A DNA stretch of 48,155 bases, from positions 1 through 48,155 of the forward strand of contig CAYIUX010000001.1 in NCBI GenBank assembly GCA_964366795.1. The letters are read 5' to 3'. A model generated the notes under the pieces. That model did no database searches and was not told the DNA's origin. It saw only the letters and a list, made by a program, of their open reading frames with translations. Positions 7,846-17,372 of this stretch are shown here, piece after piece. The translations under genes were made by a program, and so were the position numbers. How positions within the stretch are numbered: position 1 is the stretch's first letter; every line of letters begins with the position of its first letter. The DNA comes from an uncultured Gammaproteobacteria bacterium (GTDB lineage Bacteria; Patescibacteriota; Microgenomatia; PFEM01; CAYIUX01).

Positions 7846-9312
7846 TTAGTCTAAAGATTGCTTATTGATATTTTTCAGATAATTAAATAAAGATTTTGTG
7901 AGTTGTAAAAAATCAGAAGGCGTTTTTTCCCAACTTTCCATCCTAATCCTCATACAATATCCATACCAACTAAAAAAGATAAACTGATAAAGTCTATCTA
8001 AAGGTAAAGAGATTAAAACATCCATAAACCGGCGCAAAAAAGGAAATTCGACGACAATACCAAAAATTTTATGTAGCCGCTCAGCTTTCTTTTTCTCTTT
8101 AGGATCTGAGAAAACTAGTTCCGAGGTCATTTTATTTGTTACCGCAACCTGATCCCAGCTTTTTTTCTTAAAATATCCATTTTTCAAGGCGTAATTTCCA
8201 ATAGAAGTCCCAGGGTAAGGATAAAGAATAGACGACCAGGCGAAATTAGGACGACATTTTATATTTAAATCTAGTGTTTGAAGGTCAATCTTTAATGAAT
8301 GCTTGACCGGAAGAGCAATCAAATTTTGACTCGTAAAAATAATAGAGTATTTTTTTAATAATTCGCATGTTTTAAAAATTTGCTCATTAGTCATAAGTCT
8401 TTTAAGAAGTTTATTTCGAATCTTTTCGTTTCCGCATTCTATGCCAAACCAGACAGCGTAGCAGCCAGCCTTTTTTAGAAGGCGAACCACTTCTTTATTG
8501 ATTAAATTAGCTCTAATATTGCACCAAAAGCGGATTTTTGTTTTCTTCATTTTTACGGCAAAATCCTCAAGCCATTCTTTTGGTTTCAAAAGAAAAGTAT
8601 CATCTTCAATCATGGCAAATTGAAAAGGATATTTCTTTTTAACTTCTAAAATTTCCGCAATAAAATTATCAACGCTTCTAAATCTAATAATTTCCCCCTT
8701 ATTTTTATAAATCTCGTTATACTTATGATTAAAACAATAGGTGCATTGGTAGGGACAGCCTCTCCCAGAAAAAAAGACTTTTGACTTGTATTCTTTGATT
8801 TCAGGAGAACTTTCATAAAGAATCTCTCTATCTGGAAAAGGCAGGCTGTCTAAATCTTCTATGAGTGGTCTTGGTAGATTTTTAATAATTTTGTTTCCCT
8901 TCTTAATCCATAAATTTTTAATTTTATCAATCGACTTTCCTTTTTTTAATCTTTCAAGAAGGTCTATTATTGCTCCTTCGCCTTCGCCAATACAAACAGC
9001 ATCAACCCCGCTTTTATTAATCATTTCGGGAAAAAAAGTTGGGTGAGGGCCGCCAAAAATAGAAAAAGCCCTGAATTTCTTTTTTAAACGTTTATTTAGA
9101 TTAAGGTAATAATTATGCTCCCCAGTCATTGTGCTATAAGCAAAAACATCTGGGGAATATTCTTTTACCTTCTTCAGAATTTGATCAAAACCAAGATTTT
9201 GCGTTTTAAGAAGTTTAGTTTGATGACCCCCTTGCTTTATTACCGCAGACAATGACATTATTCCCATTCGCTCAAAGAATTGAAATTCTTGAAGGAAAAA
9301 CAAAACTTTCAT
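7846..9312 (-). CDS. B12-binding (class B) radical SAM enzyme (divergent subfamily)
   Basis: 488 aa. The N-terminal B12-type region reads ...IFGGPHPTFFPEMI...AVCIGEGEGA. The cluster motif is GRGCPYQCTYCFN. Its C-terminal region differs from the other six paralogues. Confidence 0.82.
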   Translation of the reverse strand: MKVLFFLQEFQFFERMGIMSLSAVIKQGGHQTKLLKTQNLGFDQILKKVKEYSPDVFAYSTMTGEHNYYLNLNKRLKKKFRAFSIFGGPHPTFFPEMINKSGVDAVCIGEGEGAIIDLLERLKKGKSIDKIKNLWIKKGNKIIKNLPRPLIEDLDSLPFPDREILYESSPEIKEYKSKVFFSGRGCPYQCTYCFNHKYNEIYKNKGEIIRFRSVDNFIAEILEVKKKYPFQFAMIEDDTFLLKPKEWLEDFAVKMKKTKIRFWCNIRANLINKEVVRLLKKAGCYAVWFGIECGNEKIRNKLLKRLMTNEQIFKTCELLKKYSIIFTSQNLIALPVKHSLKIDLQTLDLNIKCRPNFAWSSILYPYPGTSIGNYALKNGYFKKKSWDQVAVTNKMTSELVFSDPKEKKKAERLHKIFGIVVEFPFLRRFMDVLISLPLDRLYQFIFFSWYGYCMRIRMESWEKTPSDFLQLTKSLFNYLKNINKQSLD

Positions 9313-9315
9313 ATC

Positions 9316-10218
9316 TTAAGTGGCTTTTTTGCGGTTAAGATAAGTTATCATTTCTGCCAAAAGTCCGGTGGAAAAAAGCTGGACACCAATGACCATTAGA
9401 AGGATACCGCCCAGAAGAAGTGGCTGGCGCCCCTGAATGTTACCAAATGAAAACCTAAGATAGCTGATATAACAACCGATGATAAAACCGATGAAAAAAA
9501 GAACTACTCCGATACTACCAAAAAAATGAGCCGGGCGGCGGATAAATTTGGTTAAGAATACAATCGTGATTAAATCAAGAAAGCCTTTTAGAAAACGATC
9601 CCAGCCGAACTTTGATTGACCAAATTTTCTAGGACGATGACGAACAGGGATTTCCGTGATTTTAAATTTATTTTCGGCAACTAAAATAGGAATTAGCCGA
9701 TAAAGTTCGCCGTATAAAGGTAGACTTTTAACTACCTCTTTTTTGTAAGCCTTAAAACCGCAGTTAAAATCGTGAAGTTTCACCCCCGAAAGGGTAGAAG
9801 CCAAAAAATTCCAAAAACGGGAAGGAATGACTTTGCTTAAAGGGTCTTCTCTCTCTTTTTTCCAACCGCAAACAAAATCATAATTTTGGTTGATTTTGGT
9901 TAAAAATTTTGGGATTTCCGCCGGGTCATCCTGAAGATCAGCGTCCATGGTAATAATTATTTTTCCTTTTGCTTGATTAAAACCCGAAGACAAAGCCTCT
10001 GATTTACCAAAATTACCCCGAAATTTAATGATGCTTACCTGCTTGTCCTTTTTTCGAAGCTTTTCCATAATCTCGAGAGAATTGTCAGTACTGCCATCGT
10101 CAATAAAAATAATTTCAAAAGATTTTTTAAGCGGTTTTGTTGCCGCTAAAATTTCCCCATACAGGGCTTCGAGGGTTTTTTCTTCATCTTTAACGGGAAT
10201 GACAAAAGATATATCCAT
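9316..10218 (-). CDS. GT2 polyprenyl-phosphate sugar synthase (GtrB/ArnC/Dpm1-like) with two C-terminal TM helices
   Basis: 300 aa. Motifs are FVIPVKDEE...IIFIDDGSTDNS...ITMDADLQDDP (the DADLQ motif of the Dpm1/ArnC type). The C-terminal TM pair reads FFGSIGVVLFFIGFIIG...LLLGGILLMVIGVQLFSTGLLAEMI. Confidence 0.85.
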   Translation of the reverse strand: MDISFVIPVKDEEKTLEALYGEILAATKPLKKSFEIIFIDDGSTDNSLEIMEKLRKKDKQVSIIKFRGNFGKSEALSSGFNQAKGKIIITMDADLQDDPAEIPKFLTKINQNYDFVCGWKKEREDPLSKVIPSRFWNFLASTLSGVKLHDFNCGFKAYKKEVVKSLPLYGELYRLIPILVAENKFKITEIPVRHRPRKFGQSKFGWDRFLKGFLDLITIVFLTKFIRRPAHFFGSIGVVLFFIGFIIGCYISYLRFSFGNIQGRQPLLLGGILLMVIGVQLFSTGLLAEMITYLNRKKAT

Positions 10219-11330
10219 TAGCGGTATTTTACCATTTTCAAAGCCAAAATTGAAAGAATGTACATAAACGGCAAAAGAGGTAAAAGATAGCGGGGATAGA
10301 CAACTCCGAATGAGAGTGAGGCAAGATAAACAATCACCCAGATAAGAAGAATATTAGCTTCGCTCGGCCATTTCTTCTTTTTAAGTAAAGCTAAAGCTCC
10401 CATTATTAAGGAAATGATTGTCGTTATTGGCCAGGTGATTTGCCAATCAGGAGCAGGCAAAGGTCTCCGGTCTGCCCACCAAGTAATCCATTTTTTAAGA
10501 AAGATAAGTTGCCAAACAGAACCTGGTGGCACCAAAAATTTTCCTTGAGAATGAAAATTCCACATCCATTTTTGAATCCCGAAAAAACGGCGCAAGCTTT
10601 CTCCCTCAATAAAAATCTTAAGATAAGAAGCCATCAAAACTAATATTGCCAAAGGTAAACTGATTATTAAATTTGCCAGACCTTGGCGGTTGCGACTTAA
10701 AACTAGATATGTTATCCAAGAAAAAATAACAATCACCCCGGAGAAATAAAATTTCGTGGCGATTACTCCACCCAAAGCCAGTGAGGCAAAAGCAAAGAAA
10801 ACCTTTCTTTTTTGAGCCGTTAAAAAGAAATAAAAAGCTAAAAGAACAAAGAAAAGATGATAAATATCCAGCAAGGCATTATCTAATTGGCTGACAAAAA
10901 GAGATTCAAAAGACAAGATGACTATCGGGATAAGAGCAAGAATAGTTGATTTTAAAATGATTTTTCCGATTAGAAAAACCAAAATTAAGGAAAAGATGCC
11001 AAAAATTAAAGAGCCAACCTCAATCCGCTTAAAAAGCAAAATCGAAATCCCCATAAGATATTTTCCTAAGGGAGGCATCTCCGGATTAATTAAGGTTGGA
11101 TTTTTACCATGGACATATTCCCAGGCGGCATATCCATAGACGATATAGTCTGAAATAGGAGCGCCACCTTTTTGGGCGTAAGTTGAACCAAGATAGGCTC
11201 TTTTATGAGCCAGAGGATCAAACTTTTGGAAAGTATTAGGTTGATTCCAAAGATAAAATCCAATCCGAAATATAATTAGGCTTAAAATTAAAAAGGGTAA
11301 GATTTTTTTAATGGTTTTAAGAATGGACAT
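10218..11330 (-). CDS. Multi-pass membrane protein, GT-C (PMT/GT39-like) candidate
   Basis: 370 aa. The first loop reads ISDYIVYGYAAWEYVHGKNPTLINPEMPPLGKYLMG, a PPLGK motif as in PMT-type enzymes. There are at least 8 hydrophobic segments. It shares a start/stop nucleotide with the downstream GT2. Confidence 0.55.
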   Translation of the reverse strand: MSILKTIKKILPFLILSLIIFRIGFYLWNQPNTFQKFDPLAHKRAYLGSTYAQKGGAPISDYIVYGYAAWEYVHGKNPTLINPEMPPLGKYLMGISILLFKRIEVGSLIFGIFSLILVFLIGKIILKSTILALIPIVILSFESLFVSQLDNALLDIYHLFFVLLAFYFFLTAQKRKVFFAFASLALGGVIATKFYFSGVIVIFSWITYLVLSRNRQGLANLIISLPLAILVLMASYLKIFIEGESLRRFFGIQKWMWNFHSQGKFLVPPGSVWQLIFLKKWITWWADRRPLPAPDWQITWPITTIISLIMGALALLKKKKWPSEANILLIWVIVYLASLSFGVVYPRYLLPLLPFMYILSILALKMVKYR

Positions 11331-12639
11331 GAGTTAAAACAGAGAGAATATTTAAAATTAGGAAAATGATTAGCCAAAAATATGTTGCTCTCTTGCCAAG
11401 GCTGGTAAAATTTTTTTGCCAAAAGGCGGATGGTAAAAGCGAGGCCGTACCAAGGATGACAATAGTTCTAAAAAGAGTGGTGGAGATGCCAAATATCTCC
11501 TCCCAACCCCAAAGAAAAGCTGAAGAAGCAATTAAGAAAAAGAAAAATAAATTAAGCAGACCAGGTTGGTCTAATATTTTTTTAATTACAACCGCCGAGG
11601 CAATAATCAAAAATGGATAAAAAGGGGAACGATACCAACCCTGGGCTTCCACGCCGGGGATAGCGAAGACAAAAATCAGAAAATAAGCGAGCAAAGGAAT
11701 TAAGAGCTTAAAATGTCTTTTGAAATTCAAACTTAATATAAAAGTTGCCAGCCAACCAAAATAAATCCAACCATCCGGATAAAGACGGTCGACTAAATAT
11801 GGGTGAGTAAATAATGCCAAGACGTTTCCTAGTCCAATTTTCGCCCGGGCAAGTTGCAACCCCCAAAGGCTAACAAATGTTTGCCAATCGTAATACCAAC
11901 CGTAGAGAAAAAACAGAGAAAAGAAACCAACAGCCACAAGACCAATAATGAAGGCATCAGTCCAGCGTTTTTCCTTAGCCAAAAGCAAACAAACTGCCAG
12001 CGTTACCGCTGACCAGGGAATTTTAGCCAAAACCAAAAGACCACAAAGAACAGCGACCAGATTTCGCTGCCAAGTTTTTCTTGATTCTAAATAACGAAGT
12101 GTAATCAGCCAAATGACTAACATTATTGGAATTAAAAAGTTTTCGTTTTGGACAATTCGGGAACCAATAACAATCGTGGGAATAGTGGCATAAAGAAGGG
12201 CTGATAAAAGACCCACAAAATCTCCATAAAGTTTTCTGGCTAAGACAAAAACTAGGAAAATTGAGAGTACCCCCAATATTAAAGACAAAATTCTTATTTG
12301 GCTAAGACTGATGTCGAACATTTCCTTAGAGCCAGTTATGAGAGCGAAACCACCGGCGACGAGACCAAAAAAGGGGGGATGTTCTAAATAGGGGGTAACC
12401 AATCGAACCCAAGCGCCCTGGAATTTTTTAAGCTCGTAGTTTTTATATTGATAGTGAGGCGACCAAGAGGTAGGAACATGATTTTGCCAAAGACTAATTC
12501 CTTGCCAGGTCCAGGCAAATTCATCAAAAGTCGCTCCGTGACGGGGAAATTTATCATAATTATGAAATCTTAAGAAAAATCCTAAAAGAAGGATAAAAAC
12601 TAGGGTAGGTAAAATCCAAATTTTTTTACTTTTTCCCAT
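11317..12639 (-). CDS. GT-C membrane glycosyltransferase (ArnT/PMT_2-like)
   Basis: 440 aa. The sequence GATFDEFAWTWQGISLWQNHVPTSWSP...LEHPPFFGLVAG carries the DE motif plus the HPP motif in the first periplasmic loop. It is multi-pass. Confidence 0.68.
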   Translation of the reverse strand: MGKSKKIWILPTLVFILLLGFFLRFHNYDKFPRHGATFDEFAWTWQGISLWQNHVPTSWSPHYQYKNYELKKFQGAWVRLVTPYLEHPPFFGLVAGGFALITGSKEMFDISLSQIRILSLILGVLSIFLVFVLARKLYGDFVGLLSALLYATIPTIVIGSRIVQNENFLIPIMLVIWLITLRYLESRKTWQRNLVAVLCGLLVLAKIPWSAVTLAVCLLLAKEKRWTDAFIIGLVAVGFFSLFFLYGWYYDWQTFVSLWGLQLARAKIGLGNVLALFTHPYLVDRLYPDGWIYFGWLATFILSLNFKRHFKLLIPLLAYFLIFVFAIPGVEAQGWYRSPFYPFLIIASAVVIKKILDQPGLLNLFFFFLIASSAFLWGWEEIFGISTTLFRTIVILGTASLLPSAFWQKNFTSLGKRATYFWLIIFLILNILSVLTHVHS

Positions 12640-14123
12640 CTTTCAGCAGGTATTTCAGTTAATTTCGTTTTCTTAATATATAAACAAGTTGGTTTGCCGG
12701 AAAAATATAACTGAATATAATCTTTTACTTGATATTCAGGTAACGACTGGGAATAGTATACATCTTTTGGGCAATCTCCGTAATAAAAATCAGGAGGATT
12801 TCGGCGAAACATCTCATCTCGCGCTTCAGTATATTTTGGAAAATAAGGCATTACCGAGGTATACCAAGAATATTTATAAGATGAAGGAAGATTTGCCTGC
12901 CAGTAAATTAAATCATCCCACATTTCCACAAATAAGGTATCGGTTGGCTCGGCTAAAATTTTAATTATCTCTCCATTGACAAAATAATTGCCATAACTGG
13001 TATTGAATTCTCCTTTTGGGTCAATTTTCTCCCAAATAAATGAGCGACCAGGAAAAAGCGAATAAGCGAAAGTTAAGACGAGTAAAAATAACGCCATCAA
13101 AGCCAATTTTTTGTTTTTAATATCTTTCAATAACCAAAAAATGCTGACGATAACCAAACCATACCAAGGGACGATATGGAAAGCTTCATAAAATACCGCC
13201 CCCGGAGCGACAAACCTGATGTTAGCCAATCCCAAAATTAGAATTATGGCAATAACCTCTTTTACCCTTTTTCTTTGAGTCACCAAAGCCCCGATTAAAA
13301 TCAAAAAGGTAACATCTAAACTCATTAAAATAGTCCTAAAGAAATTCCATTTTCCCCCGAAGAAAAGATAAATTGGATAAGCAAAGATTTTAAAGAACCC
13401 GATTCCGAGAATTTCGCCTGTCCTGATTTCCACCGCCGAGTTAATCTTAATTACATTAAATAAATAATCTGGCAAGGGCAAAGATAAAAGGGTAAAAGAA
13501 GAAAGAATGATGAATAAAATCATGGATATAAGTTTATCCTTAGAAAATTTTCCTCCCCAGATAATTAAAGCATAAATAAATATAGCCACGGGAATATAAG
13601 GTTCTCGGGCAAAAACTACCAACCAGGCAAAAACAGCGCTCAAAACAAAATCAAAGGAGTGAATTTTCTCTTTTCGCCACTTAGACCAAAGCAGGCCGAG
13701 CATATAAACTAGGGGATAAACAATTATCCCCTCGGCTAAAAATCGATCGCCGAAAAGATAATATTTTGTTGGCTCATAAATAAGGGTAAATCCAACCCCA
13801 ATCCAGCCAAAGCGGAAAATAAGCAAAAAATCCATTAGAAGGGCAACCAGAAATATAAACATTCGATGATAGAGGATTAATTGATAAAGATTTCTGGGAT
13901 GAAGCAGTATCTGAATGGCGTAGCTCACATATGCCATCAACGGTTGGTGATTAAAAAAGATTTCTGAGTATAAAATTTTGCCTTTAAGCATAAAATAGGC
14001 AGCGACATAGTTGAAACAGTCATCAAAACAACCAAAAGCCCCAATCCTTTTGTAATAGATTTTGAAAATAAAAAGAAAAAAGAAAAGAAAGCCAGCACCG
14101 AGAAGAATCTTTTTTGTTTTCAT
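12600..14123 (-). CDS. Multi-pass membrane protein, possible GT-C
   Basis: 507 aa with about 11 hydrophobic segments. The first loop, FGCFDDCFNYVAAYFMLKG...FNHQPLMAYV, loosely echoes the DD/HPPL arrangement. The C-terminal soluble region is about 140 aa. It overlaps the downstream gene by 40 nt. The CDS call is firm, but the function is uncertain. Confidence 0.5.
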   Translation of the reverse strand: MKTKKILLGAGFLFFFLFIFKIYYKRIGAFGCFDDCFNYVAAYFMLKGKILYSEIFFNHQPLMAYVSYAIQILLHPRNLYQLILYHRMFIFLVALLMDFLLIFRFGWIGVGFTLIYEPTKYYLFGDRFLAEGIIVYPLVYMLGLLWSKWRKEKIHSFDFVLSAVFAWLVVFAREPYIPVAIFIYALIIWGGKFSKDKLISMILFIILSSFTLLSLPLPDYLFNVIKINSAVEIRTGEILGIGFFKIFAYPIYLFFGGKWNFFRTILMSLDVTFLILIGALVTQRKRVKEVIAIILILGLANIRFVAPGAVFYEAFHIVPWYGLVIVSIFWLLKDIKNKKLALMALFLLVLTFAYSLFPGRSFIWEKIDPKGEFNTSYGNYFVNGEIIKILAEPTDTLFVEMWDDLIYWQANLPSSYKYSWYTSVMPYFPKYTEARDEMFRRNPPDFYYGDCPKDVYYSQSLPEYQVKDYIQLYFSGKPTCLYIKKTKLTEIPAERWEKVKKFGFYLP

Positions 14124-14130
14124 GAATCTC

Positions 14131-14139
14131 TGATATAAT
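14131..14139 (+). promoter_or_regulatory. Candidate extended -10 promoter element (TGATATAAT) for the 19-gene plus-strand operon
   Basis: TGnTATAAT lies at 14131-14139 in the 27-30 nt divergent gap, 15 nt upstream of ATG 14154. No convincing -35 element is present. Confidence 0.3.
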
Positions 14140-14153
14140 TTTAGCAGAAAGTG

Positions 14154-15803
14154 ATGAAGAAGAAAATTTTAACTAAAGGCTTACCTTTTTTACTTGCCAT
14201 AATTTTTTTCCTTGTTGGATTAATTACCTTGAGTGATTACGGTATTAATTGGGATGAACCCGACCATTTTATGCGCGGACAGGCGTATTTAAGATATTTT
14301 TTTACCGGCAAAAAAGATTATCAAGGACTTCCCCGTCAATTTCGGAGGAGTATTTACCAGAATGACTTTTATACGCTGGCTAATTGGTATAAAGATGATT
14401 CCGGTCATCCCCCGCTTGGTGATATTTTGGCTGCCACCACCAATTGGATTTTTTACCAAAAATTGGGAATCCTAGGCGATATTGAAAGCTATCATTTGTT
14501 TGAAGTTTTGACTGGAGCGATTCTCGTTTTGGTAGTGAGTTTATTTGCCCAAGAAACATATGGAGTTTTTGCTGGGTTAATCGCTGGTTTATCGCTTGCT
14601 CTTTATCCTCTTTTTTTGGGAGAATCTCATTTTAACATTAAAGACCCGGTTGAGACCTGTTTTTTTGGTTTGACTATTTGGTCTTTCTGGAAAGCGATTA
14701 AGAGTCAATCGCCTAAATGGATGATTTCTTCGGCAATTTTTTGCGGGATGGCTCTGGGAGTAAAATTTAACATTATTTTCGTTCCGCTTATAATCTTACC
14801 CTGGCTTTTTGCCAGAGGAATCAAAAGAAGCTTTTCTAAAAAAATTTTAAAATCTTTGTTTTTTTACCCACTTGTTTCTTTTGGAATTTTCTTTATTTCC
14901 CGGCCTTATTTTTGGTCTGACCCATTCAATCACACTCTGGAGATTATTAAATATTACCAAAGTATTGGATTACAACAAAATTTCCAACCCCCGAATTTTT
15001 ATATTTTGGGCTTCAATACCTATCCTCTTCAGGCGGTTATTTTTACCACTCCGCTGGTAATTTTATTTTTTAGTCTTATCGGCATTATTGCCTGTTTTTT
15101 TCTTTTTAAAAAAGAAAAAGAAAAAACAAGTTTTTTGTGGCTATTATGGCTGGTGGTGCCAATATTAAGAGTAACTGTCCCTAAAACTTCAATCTATGGT
15201 GGGGTAAGGCAAATAATGTAATCTGTCCCGGCGATGGCATTTCTAGCTGGTTTGGGAGCAGAAAGCCTAAGACAATTTATAATGAACAATTTACAATTTA
15301 GAATTAAAAACAGAAAAAAATTATACATTTTACATTATACATTTTACATTGCCCTGGCTCTTTCTTTTCTTCCTATCGCTCTTAAGCTTATTTCGCTCCA
15401 TCCCAATGAAGGCCTTTATTTTAATCCCTTAATTGGGGGATTAAAAGGAGCGGCGGAAAGAAATTTTCCCAATTGGGGATTAAGTTTAGGCAATGAATAT
15501 CGCCAGGGGATTAACTGGTTTAACCAAAATGCTCCTCCCCAGGCAAATTTAACTTTAGCCAGAGGACTTTTGTCTAATATTCCCCGGATTTGGATAAGGG
15601 AAGATATTAATTTTGGTGATTATTATTTTAGCGGTCCAGCCGGTAAAGGAGAATATATAATGGAATTAACTCATGAGGGTTGGGAAGGTTGGATTCCGGC
15701 GAAAGCAAAATATCTCCAAACTTTAAAGCCAATTTATCAGTTAAAAGTTGAAGGAGTAACCGTCTTAACTATATGGAAGAATAGTCCAGAAATGGTAAAA
15801 TAA
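14154..15803 (+). pseudogene. GT-C glycosyltransferase paralogue of 4788-6782 interrupted by one in-frame TAA (15219-15221)
   Basis: Tracked ORFs 14151-15221 and 15234-15803 are in the same frame. The paralogue reads GVRQIM-E-YIPAMALL (gaa) where this copy reads GVRQIM-*-SVPAMAFL (taa). The NWDEPDHFMRGQAY and DSGHPPLGDILAA motifs are retained. The copy lacks the C-terminal discoidin-like domain. Confidence 0.7.
15286..15350. repeat. In-frame heptanucleotide tandem arrays flanking an A-rich spacer
   Basis: The first array is acaattt|acaattt (15286-15299). The spacer is agaattaaaaacagaaaaaaatt. The second array is atacatt|ttacatt|atacatt|ttacatt (15323-15350). Together they encode NNLQFRIKNRKKLYILHYTFYI, at the same loop position as the arrays at 5892-5956 in the paralogue. 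Confidence 0.85.
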
Positions 15804-15808
15804 TACGG

Positions 15809-16636
15809 ATGGAAACCAATCCTCTTGTTTCGGTAATAATTCCTGCCAAAAATTCAGCCCAATTTATTAAATCCTGTCTGGAAAGTATCAAAAAACAGAC
15901 TTATAAAAACATTGAAATTATTGTTGTTGATAATAATTCAACTGATAAAACAAAGGAGATTGTTTGCAAATACACAAAATTAGTTTTTAATCATGGTCCA
16001 GAACGGGCAGCTCAAATGAACTTTGGGATAAAGAAAGCTAAGGGTCAATATTTATATCGAGTTGATTCCGATTTTATTTTAGAACCCGAAGTAGTTGAAC
16101 AATGTGTAGAAAAATGTGAGAAAGAGAGCCTAGACGGTATTGCCGTGATTAATACTTCGGCTGAAGGACTTGGTTTTTGGGCTGATGTCAGAAAACTTGA
16201 AAGAAATGCCTATCGAGACGACGAACTGATTGTTGCCGTTAGATTCTTTAGTAAAAAATCATTTGAGAAAATCGGTGGTTTTGATGAGACCTTATATGGA
16301 CCAGAAGATTATGATTTTCATAATCGTTTTTTAAAGGCAGGGTTTAAATGGGGTAGAATCAGGGCGATTGAGAGACATTTAGGAGAGCCAAAATCTTTGC
16401 TGGATATTGCTAAAAAACATTTTTTTTATGGTCAAGAAATGCTTTCTTACTTAAAAAAACATCCCCAAAGGGGACTAAAGCAAATAAATCCTGTCAGAAG
16501 AGCTTATTTACGCCACTGGAAGGATTTTATTTCTCACCCTAGTCTATCTTTGGGAATTGGCATTATGACAATTGTTAAATTTGGCACTGGAGGATTAGGA
16601 TTTATTAAAGCATTAATCTTTGGTCCAAGAAGATAA
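15809..16636 (+). CDS. GT2 family glycosyltransferase
   Basis: 275 aa. Motifs are VSVIIPAKNSAQFI...KQTYKNIEIIVVDNNSTDKT...YRVDSDF. It is a clear paralogue of 28066-28908, sharing KQTY-NIEIIV, DSD and CV-KCEK. Confidence 0.85.
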   Translation: METNPLVSVIIPAKNSAQFIKSCLESIKKQTYKNIEIIVVDNNSTDKTKEIVCKYTKLVFNHGPERAAQMNFGIKKAKGQYLYRVDSDFILEPEVVEQCVEKCEKESLDGIAVINTSAEGLGFWADVRKLERNAYRDDELIVAVRFFSKKSFEKIGGFDETLYGPEDYDFHNRFLKAGFKWGRIRAIERHLGEPKSLLDIAKKHFFYGQEMLSYLKKHPQRGLKQINPVRRAYLRHWKDFISHPSLSLGIGIMTIVKFGTGGLGFIKALIFGPRR

Positions 16637-16637
16637 T

Positions 16638-17372
16638 ATGGCAAAAGAAAAAAAACTACCATCTGGAATTTCTATCATTCTACCTGCCTTCAATGAAGAA
16701 AAAAACATTGAGCAAATGGTTGACGAGTGTTTATCTTATTTGCGGAAATTAAAAGATGGTTATGAAATTATTATTGTTAATGACGGTTCGTGGGACAAAA
16801 CTGGAGAGATTGCTCAAAAAATCGCCCAAAGGAATAAAAAAGTTAGAGTACTCACTCACCCTGTGAATAAGGGCTATGCCCAAGCCCTAAGAGACGGATT
16901 TAATTCTGCTAAGTTCGATTATGTTTTTTTTACTGATGCTGATAGGCAGTTTAAGCTAGATGCTTTAGACGTAATGTTTCCAATTGCTAAAACTCAAGTA
17001 GTTGATTTGGTTATTGGTTATCGATTAAAAAGAAAAGATCCATTTTTAAGAAAATTCCTTTCTTGGGGCTACAATACTTTAGCCAGTTTCCTTTTTGACT
17101 TAAATGTTAAAGATATTGATTGCGCTTTCAAACTATTTAGGAAAGACATTTTTAAAAAGATTAAAATTGAATCCAAATACTTCTTTTTTAATACAGAAAT
17201 TTTAGCCAAAGCAAGATTTTTTGGTTTCAATATTATCGAGGTTGGAGTTCCTCATTTTCCCCGAACTGCTGGAAAATCAACAGTGAGTTTTAAATATATC
17301 CCCCTGACAATTAGAGAGTTAATCAGAATCAGAAAAAACCTGCAAAAGTTAAAAAAAGGGAGAAAGAGTTGA
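16638..17372 (+). CDS. GT2 polyprenyl-phosphate sugar synthase-like (soluble Dpm1-type)
   Basis: The tracked ORF starts at 16620. ATG 16638 sits 1 nt after the upstream stop. Motifs are ISIILPAFNEEKNI...EIIIVNDGSWDKT...NKGYAQALRDGF...FFTDADRQF. No TM helices are present. Confidence 0.82.
   Translation: MAKEKKLPSGISIILPAFNEEKNIEQMVDECLSYLRKLKDGYEIIIVNDGSWDKTGEIAQKIAQRNKKVRVLTHPVNKGYAQALRDGFNSAKFDYVFFTDADRQFKLDALDVMFPIAKTQVVDLVIGYRLKRKDPFLRKFLSWGYNTLASFLFDLNVKDIDCAFKLFRKDIFKKIKIESKYFFFNTEILAKARFFGFNIIEVGVPHFPRTAGKSTVSFKYIPLTIRELIRIRKNLQKLKKGRKS

Noticed and set aside
15219-15221. Alternative genetic code or stop-codon reassignment as an explanation for the in-frame TAA.
   Set aside because: TAA, TGA and TAG each terminate many well-supported genes in this window at positions matching paralogue ends and ATGA couplings. 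A single internal TAA is better explained by mutation or sequencing error.
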